From Thermotogota bacterium (GTDB lineage Bacteria > Thermotogota > Thermotogae > Petrotogales > Kosmotogaceae): 34,329 nt of DNA. A program made the position numbers and the translations under genes. The stretch lies in NCBI GenBank assembly GCA_034660555.1, contig JAYEJL010000178.1, forward strand, positions 1 through 34,329. The letters run 5' to 3'. The notes beneath the pieces are model-generated. The model made no database searches and was not told the DNA's origin. It saw only the letters and a program-made list of their open reading frames with translations. Positions 1-10,031 of this stretch are shown here, in pieces; within the stretch, counting starts at the first letter, position 1; each line of letters begins with the position of its first letter.

Positions 1-157
1 AAAAACTGAAAGGATTGTTTGGAATCTTCATGAAACCGATTCTACTAAGCAACGCAACAAGTACAGGAAAAAGAACAAAGTTAGTTATATTCTTTACTGT
101 AAAGAATTTGAAAACACTTTTTTTGGTGGCACCGTTATTACTTTTTTCTGCCACCAT
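1..157 (-). CDS. 5' part of a membrane protein running off the window edge; possibly the HD/HDIG-type membrane phosphohydrolase often found after phoH
   Basis: ATG at 157 with GAGGA upstream, overlapping the phoH end. The frame is open to position 1: MVAEKSNNGATKKSVFKFFTVKNITNFVLFPVLVALLSRIGFMKIPNNPFSF, with a hydrophobic segment. Product inferred from synteny only. Confidence 0.5.
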   Translation of the reverse strand, partial: MVAEKSNNGATKKSVFKFFTVKNITNFVLFPVLVALLSRIGFMKIPNNPFSF

Positions 158-1127
158 TAATATTTTCCTCGCTTTCAAATTCGTCGTAGGCTCTGATTAT
201 TCTCTTTACTATTCGATTTCTTACGACATCATGTTCGTTAAGATATACGAAGGAAATTTCATCGATATCTTTTAGTATTTTCTGGATTATTACAAGTCCC
301 GAACTTTCATTTTTTTCCAGATCTATTTGTGTAATATCACCTGTTACGATTGCTTTTGAGCCAAATCCGATTCTTGTTAAAAACATCTTCATTTGTTGAT
401 AGGTTGTGTTTTGGGCCTCATCCAGGATTATAAAGGAATTGTTAAGTGTTCTTCCCCTCATGTAAGCGAGTGGGATTACCTCGATAATTCCCTGTTCGCG
501 AAAGTAACTCAATTTTTCTATTGGTAACATATCGATTAAAGAATCATAGAGCGGTCTCAAGTAAGGATCTACCTTTTCTGTCAAGGTTCCCGGAAGAAAG
601 CCAAGCTTTTCACCAGCTTCTACGGCAGGTCTTGTTAGGATAATCCGTTGTACATTGCCTGATTTTAAACTATCTACAGCCATTGCAACGGCAAGATATG
701 TCTTACCTGTACCTGCAGGACCAATAGAAAACACTATATCTTTTTCCCTGATAGTGTCAAGATATTGTTTTTGGCCCCTGGTTTTTGGTTTTATTCTATT
801 CAAAATTGCTACAGAATTTTTCACTGTATTGTAATATCCTTCAAATTTCTCATTGTTCTCTGTGGACAATTGATGTTGATCAACCATGTATTCAAATTCT
901 CTCCAATCCAGTAAGTGGCCGTTTTTGTTAACGCTTATTAGGTCTCCTAGAATTCTTTCTACTGTTTCAATACTCTCCTTTGTTTCTCCTTTTATCCAAA
1001 TCTCATTACCAATTATTGATAGTTTTACTCCAAATTTATTCTGAAGATATCTTGCTTTCTTGTCGTAATTTCCGAAAATATCTATTGCTTCAGCATTTTC
1101 AGGAAGTTTTATCTTCCTTATAGACAA
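138..1127 (-). CDS. phoH: PhoH-family ATPase (PhoH/YbeZ-like)
   Basis: GPAGTGKTYLA Walker A, LTRPAVEAGEKLGFLPG, PLAYMRGRTL, DEAQN, VTGDITQIDL; TTG start with GGAGG RBS. Confidence 0.95.
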   Translation of the reverse strand: MSIRKIKLPENAEAIDIFGNYDKKARYLQNKFGVKLSIIGNEIWIKGETKESIETVERILGDLISVNKNGHLLDWREFEYMVDQHQLSTENNEKFEGYYNTVKNSVAILNRIKPKTRGQKQYLDTIREKDIVFSIGPAGTGKTYLAVAMAVDSLKSGNVQRIILTRPAVEAGEKLGFLPGTLTEKVDPYLRPLYDSLIDMLPIEKLSYFREQGIIEVIPLAYMRGRTLNNSFIILDEAQNTTYQQMKMFLTRIGFGSKAIVTGDITQIDLEKNESSGLVIIQKILKDIDEISFVYLNEHDVVRNRIVKRIIRAYDEFESEENINGGRKK

Positions 1128-1147
1128 ATAATCGCCTCCTCGATGAA

Positions 1148-1175
1148 ATTATACAACATTATAAGATAGTGTCCA
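1148..1175 (-). promoter_or_regulatory. Putative sigma70-type promoter of phoH
   Basis: TGGACA-16 nt-TATAAT on the minus strand, about 20 nt upstream of the start codon. Confidence 0.4.
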
Positions 1176-1340
1176 GTGTACGGTAATTTAGTTGTTAATT
1201 TTGACTAACATATAGTTTTCCGTTCGTTTTTACTTTACAACAAATTACCAGTATTTAATTTGAGAGACCTTCAACGATGTGTATGATTTTTAAGGTATAG
1301 TCTATATAATGAAACAATAAGAGGTCATGGGGGTGATTGG

Positions 1341-2174
1341 ATGAATATAGGTATTGTTACTGATAGCACAAGTGCATTTAATAATGAGGAGCAAGAAAAG
1401 CTAGGTATTGATGTAGTCTCATTATATGTAAATAAGGATGACACGTTTTTCAAAGCAACCGAACTGTCACGAGAAGAATATTACAGAGAACTTGAAACTG
1501 CAAAGGAGATACCAAAAACTTCACAACCTAATCCTCAGGATTTTCAGGTTGTATACGAAAAAAGAGCAGGGGAATTCGATGCATTGATTGTCCCTGTAAT
1601 TTCACAGGCTTTTAGCGGAACATTTGATTCAGCCGTCCTTGCAGCTGATGTGGTAGATATTGATGTTAAAGTAATTGATAGTAAATTAATCAACTTCGGA
1701 CTTGAATTTCTTGTGAGAAACCTTTGTGAAAAAATTAATAAAGGCGAGGAGCTCGATACACTTATTACATACGCTTCTGATTTTTATAAACAGATCAAGG
1801 TAATGTTTTCTGTAGATTCTCTAAATTATCTTTATAAGGGCGGTCGTATTGGAAGAGCAAAGGCTTTAATGGGTGGATTACTAAATATGAAACCGATAAT
1901 AAGTCTTGTAGAGGGAGAATTACATCCTATTGCCAGTGTTAGAGGTAATAAAAAACTTATTGAAAGGATTATTGAACTTTCACTTCAATCGGAAAATCGG
2001 AAATTAAAAAGGGCTGGAATAATTCATGTAAACCGTGAAGAAGACGCAAAAAATATTAAAAATCAGTTGAATGAAGAATTTCCTAATATAGATATATACA
2101 TTAAGACAGCTGAATCAGTCGTTGTTACCCATCTGGGTCCTTCGGCGATAGGATTATTTACCGAATGGCTTTAA
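1341..2174 (+). CDS. DegV (FakB-like) fatty-acid-binding protein
   Basis: IVTDST, PKTSQP, SGTFDSA, LYKGGRIG, THLGP motifs; GGGGTG RBS. Confidence 0.93.
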   Translation: MNIGIVTDSTSAFNNEEQEKLGIDVVSLYVNKDDTFFKATELSREEYYRELETAKEIPKTSQPNPQDFQVVYEKRAGEFDALIVPVISQAFSGTFDSAVLAADVVDIDVKVIDSKLINFGLEFLVRNLCEKINKGEELDTLITYASDFYKQIKVMFSVDSLNYLYKGGRIGRAKALMGGLLNMKPIISLVEGELHPIASVRGNKKLIERIIELSLQSENRKLKRAGIIHVNREEDAKNIKNQLNEEFPNIDIYIKTAESVVVTHLGPSAIGLFTEWL

Positions 2175-2180
2175 TAGAAT

Positions 2181-3479
2181 TCATTCTTTTTCTGGTTTTT
2201 TGAGTTTATGTTTGTTTAGTAAATCACGGATTCTTCTTGGAGTTAAACCGAATTCCTCTGAAAGCATCTTAATATTATATTCGAGTTCAGGGAATCTGAT
2301 TTCCAGAAGTTCCTTTGTTATACGATCATGAATACTTTCGAGAAAATTTCGGTAGGTTTTTTTATCCGTAACATAGGAGGTTATTGCTTCATTTACGAGG
2401 GCTTTGATTTGTTGATCTGTACCTTTAATGTCTTTAAAATACATGATGTTGTTCACTGCCAGATATTCCTCTATCATATTAATTAACTCTCTTACATTTC
2501 CTGGATAGGAATAATCGAGCAGTAGTTTTCTGATATTTTCTGGAAGGCTTTCAAAACGAAGCAAATATCCTTTGTTTTTGAGTATGTTATCAACGATTAC
2601 CGGAATATCTGACTTCCGTTCTCTTAATGGAGGGATAGTTATTTGGATTGCTGATAAACGAAATCTTAGATCGTTTCTCAAGACAGTATCTTCAGTTCTG
2701 TTTGTTGCGGTCAAAAACCGTACATTTACCTTTTTGGATTTAGTAGAGCCAATTTTGAAGAACTCTCTATTTTCAGTAACGCTGAGTATTTTTGCTTGAA
2801 GATTTTGGGGCATATCGCCAATTTCGTCAAGAAAAAGGGTGCCTTCGTGGGACTGTTCAATTAACCCAGCTTTGTCTGTATTGGCACCAGTAAATGCTCC
2901 TTTTTTATAACCGAACAATTCGCTCTCGATTAAGTTATCTGGAATTGCTGCACAGTTCAGTGAATAGAAAGGTTTATACCAGCGTGGAGAAAGTTTAACC
3001 ATTATCTCAGAAACAAGATTCTTACCTGTACCGGTTTCGCCCAAAAACAGAACGCTGCCTTCGTAAAACATGGAAAGTATTAACATCTTTTTCAGTTCGA
3101 TAATAGAACGACTTTTACCGGAGAGTCTTGAAAGCTCTTTCTCAATCATGGTCAATAATTTACGGGCTATCATTTCAGGAGATTTGTTGTCTCCAATTAT
3201 TCTGTAATAGTTTTTGAAAGTATTTTCTTTTTCTGAATTTCCCTTTAATAAAAAAGCTCTTATCGGGCTGTTATTGATTAGAATTATATTGGTGAAAGCG
3301 TAAAGCCAATCTTCCATAGTGTTTTTTTCGCTTTGAGTACTATCAATAAATAGAAGAGTAGGTTCGTCTCTCGCAAGATTTACAAGATAATCGAAATTTA
3401 CTTCATTTAATTTTGAAAAATGTTTATGTGATTCAAGTTTTTTTAAGGTATCCCCTACAGTTATCGTTTTGTATAACAT
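2181..3479 (-). CDS. Sigma54-interacting AAA+ transcriptional activator (NtrC/bEBP family) with atypical N-terminal domain and C-terminal HTH
   Basis: GETGTGK, NCAAIP, ESELFG..KGAFTGA, TLFLDEIGDM, ATNR, YPGNVREL. Confidence 0.9.
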   Translation of the reverse strand: MLYKTITVGDTLKKLESHKHFSKLNEVNFDYLVNLARDEPTLLFIDSTQSEKNTMEDWLYAFTNIILINNSPIRAFLLKGNSEKENTFKNYYRIIGDNKSPEMIARKLLTMIEKELSRLSGKSRSIIELKKMLILSMFYEGSVLFLGETGTGKNLVSEIMVKLSPRWYKPFYSLNCAAIPDNLIESELFGYKKGAFTGANTDKAGLIEQSHEGTLFLDEIGDMPQNLQAKILSVTENREFFKIGSTKSKKVNVRFLTATNRTEDTVLRNDLRFRLSAIQITIPPLRERKSDIPVIVDNILKNKGYLLRFESLPENIRKLLLDYSYPGNVRELINMIEEYLAVNNIMYFKDIKGTDQQIKALVNEAITSYVTDKKTYRNFLESIHDRITKELLEIRFPELEYNIKMLSEEFGLTPRRIRDLLNKHKLKKPEKE

Positions 3480-3567
3480 ATATTACCTCCCAGATAAATT
3501 ATACACTCGTTGTTTTTACTGTCTTATCTAATTCCTGATATCATTTAAGTAGCAGGAGGGATTACTG

Positions 3568-4410
3568 ATGAACAACAAAATTATATCTAAAAATAAATTA
3601 GCTTCAAAAATTTATGAGTTTCATATAGAACATGATACTATACCAAAATTCTATCAGGCGGGACAGTTTGCAATCATTAGAATTTCAGAAAACGGAGAAA
3701 GAATTCCTTTGACAATTGTGGATGCAAAGATAGATTATTCAAGATTCATAGTCAAATGCATTGGAAAAACCACGTACAAACTCGCAATGATGAAAGAAGG
3801 GGCTGAGCTGCTTGAAGTAGTAGGTCCACTAGGTAATCCAGCAGAAGTCGATAATTTTGGTAACGTTGTTGTTATAGGTGGGGGAATAGGGATAGCGCCC
3901 ATATTGCCAATAGCAAGAGCACTCAAAGATAAAGGGAACAGCCTTACCGTTATAATCGGTGCAGTGACTTCAGAACAAATTATTTTAAAAGATGAGCTCA
4001 GAAAAACAGCAGATAATTTAATTATCACAACAGATGATGGCACAACAGGGGAAAAGGGTTTGGTAACGGAACGTCTTGAAGAACTCATCACAAACAACGA
4101 GAAAATAGATAGAATTTGGGCTGTTGGCCCTACTGTGATGATGAAATTCGTTTCTGCCATTGCAAAAAGGGAAGTAATACCCTGTATGGTTTCACTAAAT
4201 TCTATTATGGTTGATGGAACTGGGATGTGTGGAGCATGCAGAGTAGAGGTTAATGGAGAAATGAAATTTACCTGCGTTGATGGTCCAGAATTTGATGGCA
4301 GATTTGTTAATTGGGACGAACTGATAAAACGACAGCATCAATACACAGAAGAGGAAGAAAAAGCTCTTGAGCATTTCAAAAAAGAAGTTGGTGATCTTTC
4401 ATGGCTTTAA
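3568..4410 (+). CDS. nfnA: NfnA/SudB-type FAD/[2Fe-2S] subunit of electron-bifurcating transhydrogenase
   Basis: GQFAIIR..GERIPLTI, GPLGNP, GGGIG, MVDGTGMCGACRV, CVDGPEF; overlaps the next gene. Confidence 0.88.
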   Translation: MNNKIISKNKLASKIYEFHIEHDTIPKFYQAGQFAIIRISENGERIPLTIVDAKIDYSRFIVKCIGKTTYKLAMMKEGAELLEVVGPLGNPAEVDNFGNVVVIGGGIGIAPILPIARALKDKGNSLTVIIGAVTSEQIILKDELRKTADNLIITTDDGTTGEKGLVTERLEELITNNEKIDRIWAVGPTVMMKFVSAIAKREVIPCMVSLNSIMVDGTGMCGACRVEVNGEMKFTCVDGPEFDGRFVNWDELIKRQHQYTEEEEKALEHFKKEVGDLSWL

Positions 4411-5786
4411 ATCATGATGATAGAACCAAGATGCGTGAACAGGACCCTCAAGAGCGAATAAAGAATTTTGATGAAGTTGCCCTGGGTTACACAGAAGAAG
4501 AAGCAATCCGCGAAGCAAAACGTTGTATGCAATGCAAAACGCGTAATTGTATGAGTGGGTGTCCTGTTGGAATAGACATCCCCGGTATGATCAGAGAAAT
4601 AAGTAAGGGGAATTTCAAAGAAGCATTGATGATTCTGAAAAGTCAGAATAATCTACCCGCTATAAGTGGAAGGGTTTGTCCTCAGGAGACACAATGTGAA
4701 AAAACCTGTTTATTAAACAATGTTAAAGGAAAAAAGCCTATAGCAATTGGTAGGCTGGAACGTTTTCTTGGAGACCTCAATATTGAACTGGCTGAACCTG
4801 CAATAGAAGAGAAGAAAGATAAAAAAGTTGCAGTTATTGGTGCAGGACCTGCAGGATTGACTGTTTCTGGCGATCTTGCGAAAATGGGATATGATGTAAC
4901 GGTTTATGAAGCGTTTAATAAAGCGGGAGGAGTTCTAGTATATGGAATTCCTAATTTCAGGTTGCCTAAAGATGTCGTAGAGAGAGAAGTAAATTACGTT
5001 GAAAGCCTTGGGGTAAAGTTTGTATATAATCAAGTAGTTGGAAGAACAATTCCTTTTGACTACTTAAGAGAAAAGTATGATGCTATTTTTATTGGTATAG
5101 GAGCAGGAGCACCCCGGTTTTTGGGAATCGAAGGATCAAATTGTAACAACATTTATTCAGCCAGCGAATTTCTTACCAGAGTTAACTTGCTAGGAGCTAA
5201 TGAATTTCCCGAGTATGACACACCTATAAAAATATTGGACAAAGTCGCAGTTATTGGCGCAGGCAATGTTTCAATGGATTCTGCACGTGTTGCAAAAAGG
5301 CTTGGAGCCAGGAAGGTAATGATAGTTTATAGAAGAAGCGAAGAGCAAATGCCTGCTCGTTATGAGGAATATCAGCACGCAATAGAGGAGGGCATAGAGT
5401 TCCACTGGTTAACTCAACCACTAAAATATGTTGGGGATATAAACAACAATGTAAAATCAATGGAGTGTATAAAAATGAAATTGGGAGAACCTGACGATTC
5501 GGGAAGAAGAAGGCCATTACCCATTGAAGGTTCGGAATTTACACTCAACGTAGGAATGGTTATAGAGGCTATAGGTCAAAAGGCGAATTCAGTACTTGAA
5601 ACAGGTTTTAAAGGATTAAAACTCAATCATTGGTCATGTATTGAGTCCGATAAAGATACCGGTAAAACAAACATCGAAGGTGTTTACGCCGGGGGTGATA
5701 TTGTTACTGGTTCTGCAACTGTTATAGAAGCGATGGGAGCTGGAAAAAGAGCAGCAAAAGCCATTCATGAATACTTAGATAAGTGA
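4401..5786 (+). CDS. nfnB: NfnB/SudA-type (GltD-like) FAD/[4Fe-4S] large subunit
   Basis: RCMQC..C..GCPV, GRVCPQETQCE, GAGPAG, YGIPNFRLPK, AGGDIVTG; paired with nfnA and no gltB in the window. Confidence 0.88.
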   Translation: MALNHDDRTKMREQDPQERIKNFDEVALGYTEEEAIREAKRCMQCKTRNCMSGCPVGIDIPGMIREISKGNFKEALMILKSQNNLPAISGRVCPQETQCEKTCLLNNVKGKKPIAIGRLERFLGDLNIELAEPAIEEKKDKKVAVIGAGPAGLTVSGDLAKMGYDVTVYEAFNKAGGVLVYGIPNFRLPKDVVEREVNYVESLGVKFVYNQVVGRTIPFDYLREKYDAIFIGIGAGAPRFLGIEGSNCNNIYSASEFLTRVNLLGANEFPEYDTPIKILDKVAVIGAGNVSMDSARVAKRLGARKVMIVYRRSEEQMPARYEEYQHAIEEGIEFHWLTQPLKYVGDINNNVKSMECIKMKLGEPDDSGRRRPLPIEGSEFTLNVGMVIEAIGQKANSVLETGFKGLKLNHWSCIESDKDTGKTNIEGVYAGGDIVTGSATVIEAMGAGKRAAKAIHEYLDK

Positions 5787-5823
5787 TTTTTTCGTCTTCC
5801 ACTAAAAAATGTTAGATAGACAA

Positions 5824-6696
5824 TCACTCTTTCCAGTAAAGAGCGAATCCTGCAGTTCCAGGTCCAACATGTGTGGATATAACTTTACCCATAAAAGTTT
5901 CATCAATATAACTGACATTATAATTATCCATCAGAAGTTTTTTAAGTTTTTCTATGCCGTCTTTATTATCTGCATGCACCAGCAAAATATCTACATTTGA
6001 ACCCTCGGGAACGGATTCCAGTGTTTTGTTTATAATTGATTTTTGAGCTTTCTTTTCTCCACGTACTTTCTTAAAAGGGACCATTTCTCCTGTTTTTTCG
6101 TTGATGTATAGTCCTACATTTATGTTAAGGAGATTTCCTACAAAACCTTGAAATTTGGAAACCCTCCCGCCTTTTATTAAGAAATCGAAATTGGACACAT
6201 AGAACATTGCTTTGTATTTTCCTGTGTCAATTTCCTTTTCTATTTGTTTTATTGCTTTTTCTGTGTTTTTTCCTTCATTAATTAATTCTTTGAATCTTTT
6301 TGCGATTAGGGGAATTACTGCACTTGCCATTCTTGTGTTTACAACATGTACGGGAATATCAACGTCCTGTTTGACCATGAATGCACTGTTGTATGTTCCT
6401 GACATGGCTGTAGAAAGACAGAAAACCACTATCTCATCATAACCTTCATCAACTGCTTTTTTGTATTTTTCCAGGAACATTGCTGGTGATGGCTGAGAAG
6501 ATTTTGGTAATTCTTCTGAGGAGACAAGTTTTTGCCAGTATTTCTTTAGACTTTCTTCGTTTCTTTCATCGTCATCCTCGTTAACACCACTAGCCCAGTT
6601 TATATGCAATGGAACTAATCCCAAATCTCTTTCTTTTAACCAATTAGAGGGAACATCACTTGTGCTATCAATCAAAATTTTTACTCTTCTATCCAT
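5824..6696 (-). CDS. DegV (FakB-like) fatty-acid-binding protein, second paralogue
   Basis: IDSTSD, PKSSQPSP, SGTYNSA, LIKGGRVS, THVGPG. Confidence 0.92.
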   Translation of the reverse strand: MDRRVKILIDSTSDVPSNWLKERDLGLVPLHINWASGVNEDDDERNEESLKKYWQKLVSSEELPKSSQPSPAMFLEKYKKAVDEGYDEIVVFCLSTAMSGTYNSAFMVKQDVDIPVHVVNTRMASAVIPLIAKRFKELINEGKNTEKAIKQIEKEIDTGKYKAMFYVSNFDFLIKGGRVSKFQGFVGNLLNINVGLYINEKTGEMVPFKKVRGEKKAQKSIINKTLESVPEGSNVDILLVHADNKDGIEKLKKLLMDNYNVSYIDETFMGKVISTHVGPGTAGFALYWKE

Positions 6697-6862
6697 AGAA
6701 AAAACCCCTATCTCTAAAAAGTGTTCTGCGATTTTTTTTGAACTGGAATGGCTGAAATTATATTTTATGTTTTTTTCATTTTACTATAAAACACGAAAAA
6801 CAAAAAATAGCAGTATTTCTTTGATGATTTCTTAATTTACGTGCACAGATTCCCACAGACTT

Positions 6863-7819
6863 TTATTTCAACATGCCTCTTACTATTAGCTGGGTGGCTT
6901 CTTCTTCCGTTAAGCCCTTTGCCATTAGGGTTTCCAGTTGTTTAATATTTACCCGTCCAATAGATGCTTCGTGCGTCAGTTCAGCTTTTTCATTTTTTAC
7001 GTAAAGTTCCGGAACGGTACCAACCTTAACACCGTTGCCTTTGACAATTTCATTACATTCTATATGTCCTCTTGAATATGGTGCATTTCCAAAGGCTCTA
7101 TTGACAATATTTACTTCACTATTTTCAGTAGCGAACACAGTTGTTTTGGCAATTCCTGATGAGCCTTCTCCGTTTAGGTTAAGTTCTTCAAGTACGTTAA
7201 GGGAATCATCAGATTTTTCATACACTTTTGTCTCAATATTGGCGGAAGCTCGTTCACCAAGATCCACTTTCATCTCAACCTTCATTTTTCCAACACGGGT
7301 TTTAGTTAAATGAAAACTGTTATCATAACGTGCGTTTTTTTCTAGTTTGGCATTATATATGGCTTCAACGGTGACACCGCCATCCTCGCTATGATAGTGA
7401 ACATCTTCGTACCTTATTTCTGCTCCTTCTTCCAGAACGGAATCAGATATCATTCTGTGAGTAAATTTTTTCCCATTGGGAAAGACACAATGTGAAAGGA
7501 AACTAACCTTTGATTGCTTACCAGCTTTTACATGAATTAATACTTCCTGTGTTCCCTCAGGTTTCAAATAGCCTGTACATAAATGCACCGGATTTTCAAC
7601 AACAACGTTATCAGCTATGTCAAGCCACATTTCTATGCCATTTTTTATTTTTTCTACCTTTAGATCAACTCCATCAACTGTGTTCCTTCCTATAACTTCA
7701 TTACCACTAATTATTACGGAAACAATATCTTTTCTCAGAAATTTGGAAGCGTCACCACCGCTTTTATTGTAATATTCGGCTATCTTTTTATATTCTTCAT
7801 CATATCTACGTTCAATCAT
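6863..7819 (-). CDS. SufB/SufD-family Fe-S scaffold (short SmsB-like form)
   Basis: PVHLC, SHCVFP, RGHIECNEI, ELTHEASIGRV..QLETLMAKGLTEEEA; 318 aa; 4-bp overlap with the SufC-like gene. Confidence 0.88.
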   Translation of the reverse strand: MIERRYDEEYKKIAEYYNKSGGDASKFLRKDIVSVIISGNEVIGRNTVDGVDLKVEKIKNGIEMWLDIADNVVVENPVHLCTGYLKPEGTQEVLIHVKAGKQSKVSFLSHCVFPNGKKFTHRMISDSVLEEGAEIRYEDVHYHSEDGGVTVEAIYNAKLEKNARYDNSFHLTKTRVGKMKVEMKVDLGERASANIETKVYEKSDDSLNVLEELNLNGEGSSGIAKTTVFATENSEVNIVNRAFGNAPYSRGHIECNEIVKGNGVKVGTVPELYVKNEKAELTHEASIGRVNIKQLETLMAKGLTEEEATQLIVRGMLK

Positions 7820-8550
7820 TTATTTAGTTCACCGCCTTTATTAGGCTCGTTAATATGGGAACAACTATCGCACATATCCCTGTAAAAAGAGACAATTTCG
7901 TCTACCTGTCCCTCTGCAATAATTTTTCCGCCACACATAAGATAAGCTTCATCAGCCATATATGAAATTTCCTCTCTATGAGTGATTAAAATAACAGTTG
8001 TACCTGAGTTTTTTAAATGGTTTAGCACTCTTTCTATCATATCTGTTGACATGAGGTCAATTCCAGAATCAGGTTCATCCAGAATTACAACTTTTGGTTT
8101 CAAGAGAATCGCTGAAGCAAGTTCTATTCTTTTTCTTTCTCCTCCGCTGAGAGATCCATCAACCGGTCTGTCCAGATAGTGTTCAGATAATCCAACTATT
8201 TCAAGAGTTTTCTTTAATTTCTTCTGTGATGCATTTATTTTTCCACCGAGGTTAAGGTATTCTCTGGTAGTAAGACCATCGTATCTCGCAGGTTCCTGCC
8301 AACCGAGAGTAATTCCTAGTTTAGCCCTTTCATAGGTGTCTTTATTATCAATGGATTTTCCGTTAAATTTTATTGTGCCCTTATAATTACGGTAATCCTC
8401 GAGCCCCATAATAATGTAAGCTAGAGACGATTTTCCCACACCGTTGTTACCAAGAACCGCATATACTTTGTCTTTATCGAATTCAGCTGATAGCTCTTCT
8501 AAAATAACGTTTTTGTCGCGAATTAGTGTGATGTTTTCTAATTCAATCAT
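7816..8550 (-). CDS. SufC-family ABC ATPase (SmsC-like, C-terminal CxxC)
   Basis: GNNGVGKS, LSGGERKRIELA, ILDEPDSGID, C-terminal MCDSCSH. Confidence 0.88.
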   Translation of the reverse strand: MIELENITLIRDKNVILEELSAEFDKDKVYAVLGNNGVGKSSLAYIIMGLEDYRNYKGTIKFNGKSIDNKDTYERAKLGITLGWQEPARYDGLTTREYLNLGGKINASQKKLKKTLEIVGLSEHYLDRPVDGSLSGGERKRIELASAILLKPKVVILDEPDSGIDLMSTDMIERVLNHLKNSGTTVILITHREEISYMADEAYLMCGGKIIAEGQVDEIVSFYRDMCDSCSHINEPNKGGELNK

Positions 8551-8849
8551 TCATACAACCTCCAAAAAGATTATAAGTCATTTATATGATACTCTTTTTT
8601 AACGTGACTTTCATTAAAATCCCGATAAAATATGTGATTGAAAGGGAATATTTATTCAGAAACAACGTTGATAGTCTCCTGCAGTAAATTTTTTTGAGAT
8701 GTCTATGAAATTTATTTTTCAATCAGGACTTTTCTATGAGTATAATATAAGCGACAGAAATACAAAATAATAGGGAAATGGTTTATATTTTATTATAAGA
8801 GAATAGTAGAAAATTGCATAATAAATGCTGTATGCTAAGGGGTGAAAGA

Positions 8850-10031
8850 GTGAATATTGGTATTTTTACAGATACATATATTCCCCAGGTCAATGGAGTA
8901 GTTACAGTTGTAAGAAACCTCAAAGAAAATCTTTCGTATATGGGAAATAATGTTTATGTTTTTACTGTTAATCATCCAGATGCTGAACCGCTTGAAAATG
9001 TAGTGAGAGTACCATCGATAAAATTCATTAAAGAACCACAACATAGAATTGGTACCCCATTCTCTGCCAAGATAAATAAAGTTGTAAAATCGAAGAGACT
9101 TGATATTATTCATACTCATACAGAGTTCTCAATGTGGTTTCAAGCAATGATGGTTTCTAGAAAATTCAGCTTACCTATGGTTCACACTATGCATACTATG
9201 TATGAAGAATACATTCATTACATTCCTTTTCTCGAATATTTTGCTTCGAAAACCATCAAGAACTGGATAAAACTTATTTGCAAAAATTGTGAGATATTAG
9301 TTGCGCCTTCTCAAAAAATGAAAAATTTTTTGTTAAATTATAATGCATATAAACCCATAAAGATAATACCTAATGGTATTGATTTATCTAAATTTTATAG
9401 AATCGAAAATAGAAATAATAAAGATATCGAAAAGTTTAGAAGTCGATTCAATTTAAACCAAAATGACAAAGTATTAATTTTTGTTGGAAGACTTGGTAAA
9501 GAAAAAGGAATAGATATTTTGCTGTATATTTTGAAAAAATTAGTTAAAAGCAATCCTAAAATAAAACTTTTACTAGTAGGTGATGGACCCGAAAAAAGAA
9601 ATCTTAAGATTTTAAGTGAAGAACTAAACATAACAGATAACACAATTTTCACTGGTTATTTGAATTGGCCAGATGAAATAAGACTTGCTTATAATTCAAG
9701 TGATGCAGCAATAGTTGCATCTCATACTGAGAGTTTCGGTCTTGTGGTTTTAGAAGCTTTAGCTTGTGGTTTACCGGTGGTTGCACTGGAAGATTCAAGT
9801 TTTCACAATCTTATTATTGATGGTGAAAGCGGGTTTCTCTGTAAAAATAGAGAAGAAATGGTGGAAAAAACAAAAGATTTAATCTCAAAACCTGAAAAAT
9901 ATAAAGAAATGAAACAGAAAGCCAGAAAAACTGCTGAGAAATTTAGCGTACAACAAAATGCTATAAGAACGTTCAACTTATATAAAGAAATTGTGAATCT
10001 AAATACTTCTTTTGGTTTCAATAGAAGTTAG
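8850..10031 (+). CDS. GT4 glycosyltransferase, monoglucosyl-diacylglycerol synthase-like
   Basis: IGIFTDTYIPQVNGVV, DIIHTHTEF, HTMHTMYEEY, GRLGKEK, ESFGLVVLEALACG. Probable GTG start at 8850 after a GGGGTG RBS (ORF track starts at 8814). Confidence 0.85.
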   Translation: MNIGIFTDTYIPQVNGVVTVVRNLKENLSYMGNNVYVFTVNHPDAEPLENVVRVPSIKFIKEPQHRIGTPFSAKINKVVKSKRLDIIHTHTEFSMWFQAMMVSRKFSLPMVHTMHTMYEEYIHYIPFLEYFASKTIKNWIKLICKNCEILVAPSQKMKNFLLNYNAYKPIKIIPNGIDLSKFYRIENRNNKDIEKFRSRFNLNQNDKVLIFVGRLGKEKGIDILLYILKKLVKSNPKIKLLLVGDGPEKRNLKILSEELNITDNTIFTGYLNWPDEIRLAYNSSDAAIVASHTESFGLVVLEALACGLPVVALEDSSFHNLIIDGESGFLCKNREEMVEKTKDLISKPEKYKEMKQKARKTAEKFSVQQNAIRTFNLYKEIVNLNTSFGFNRS

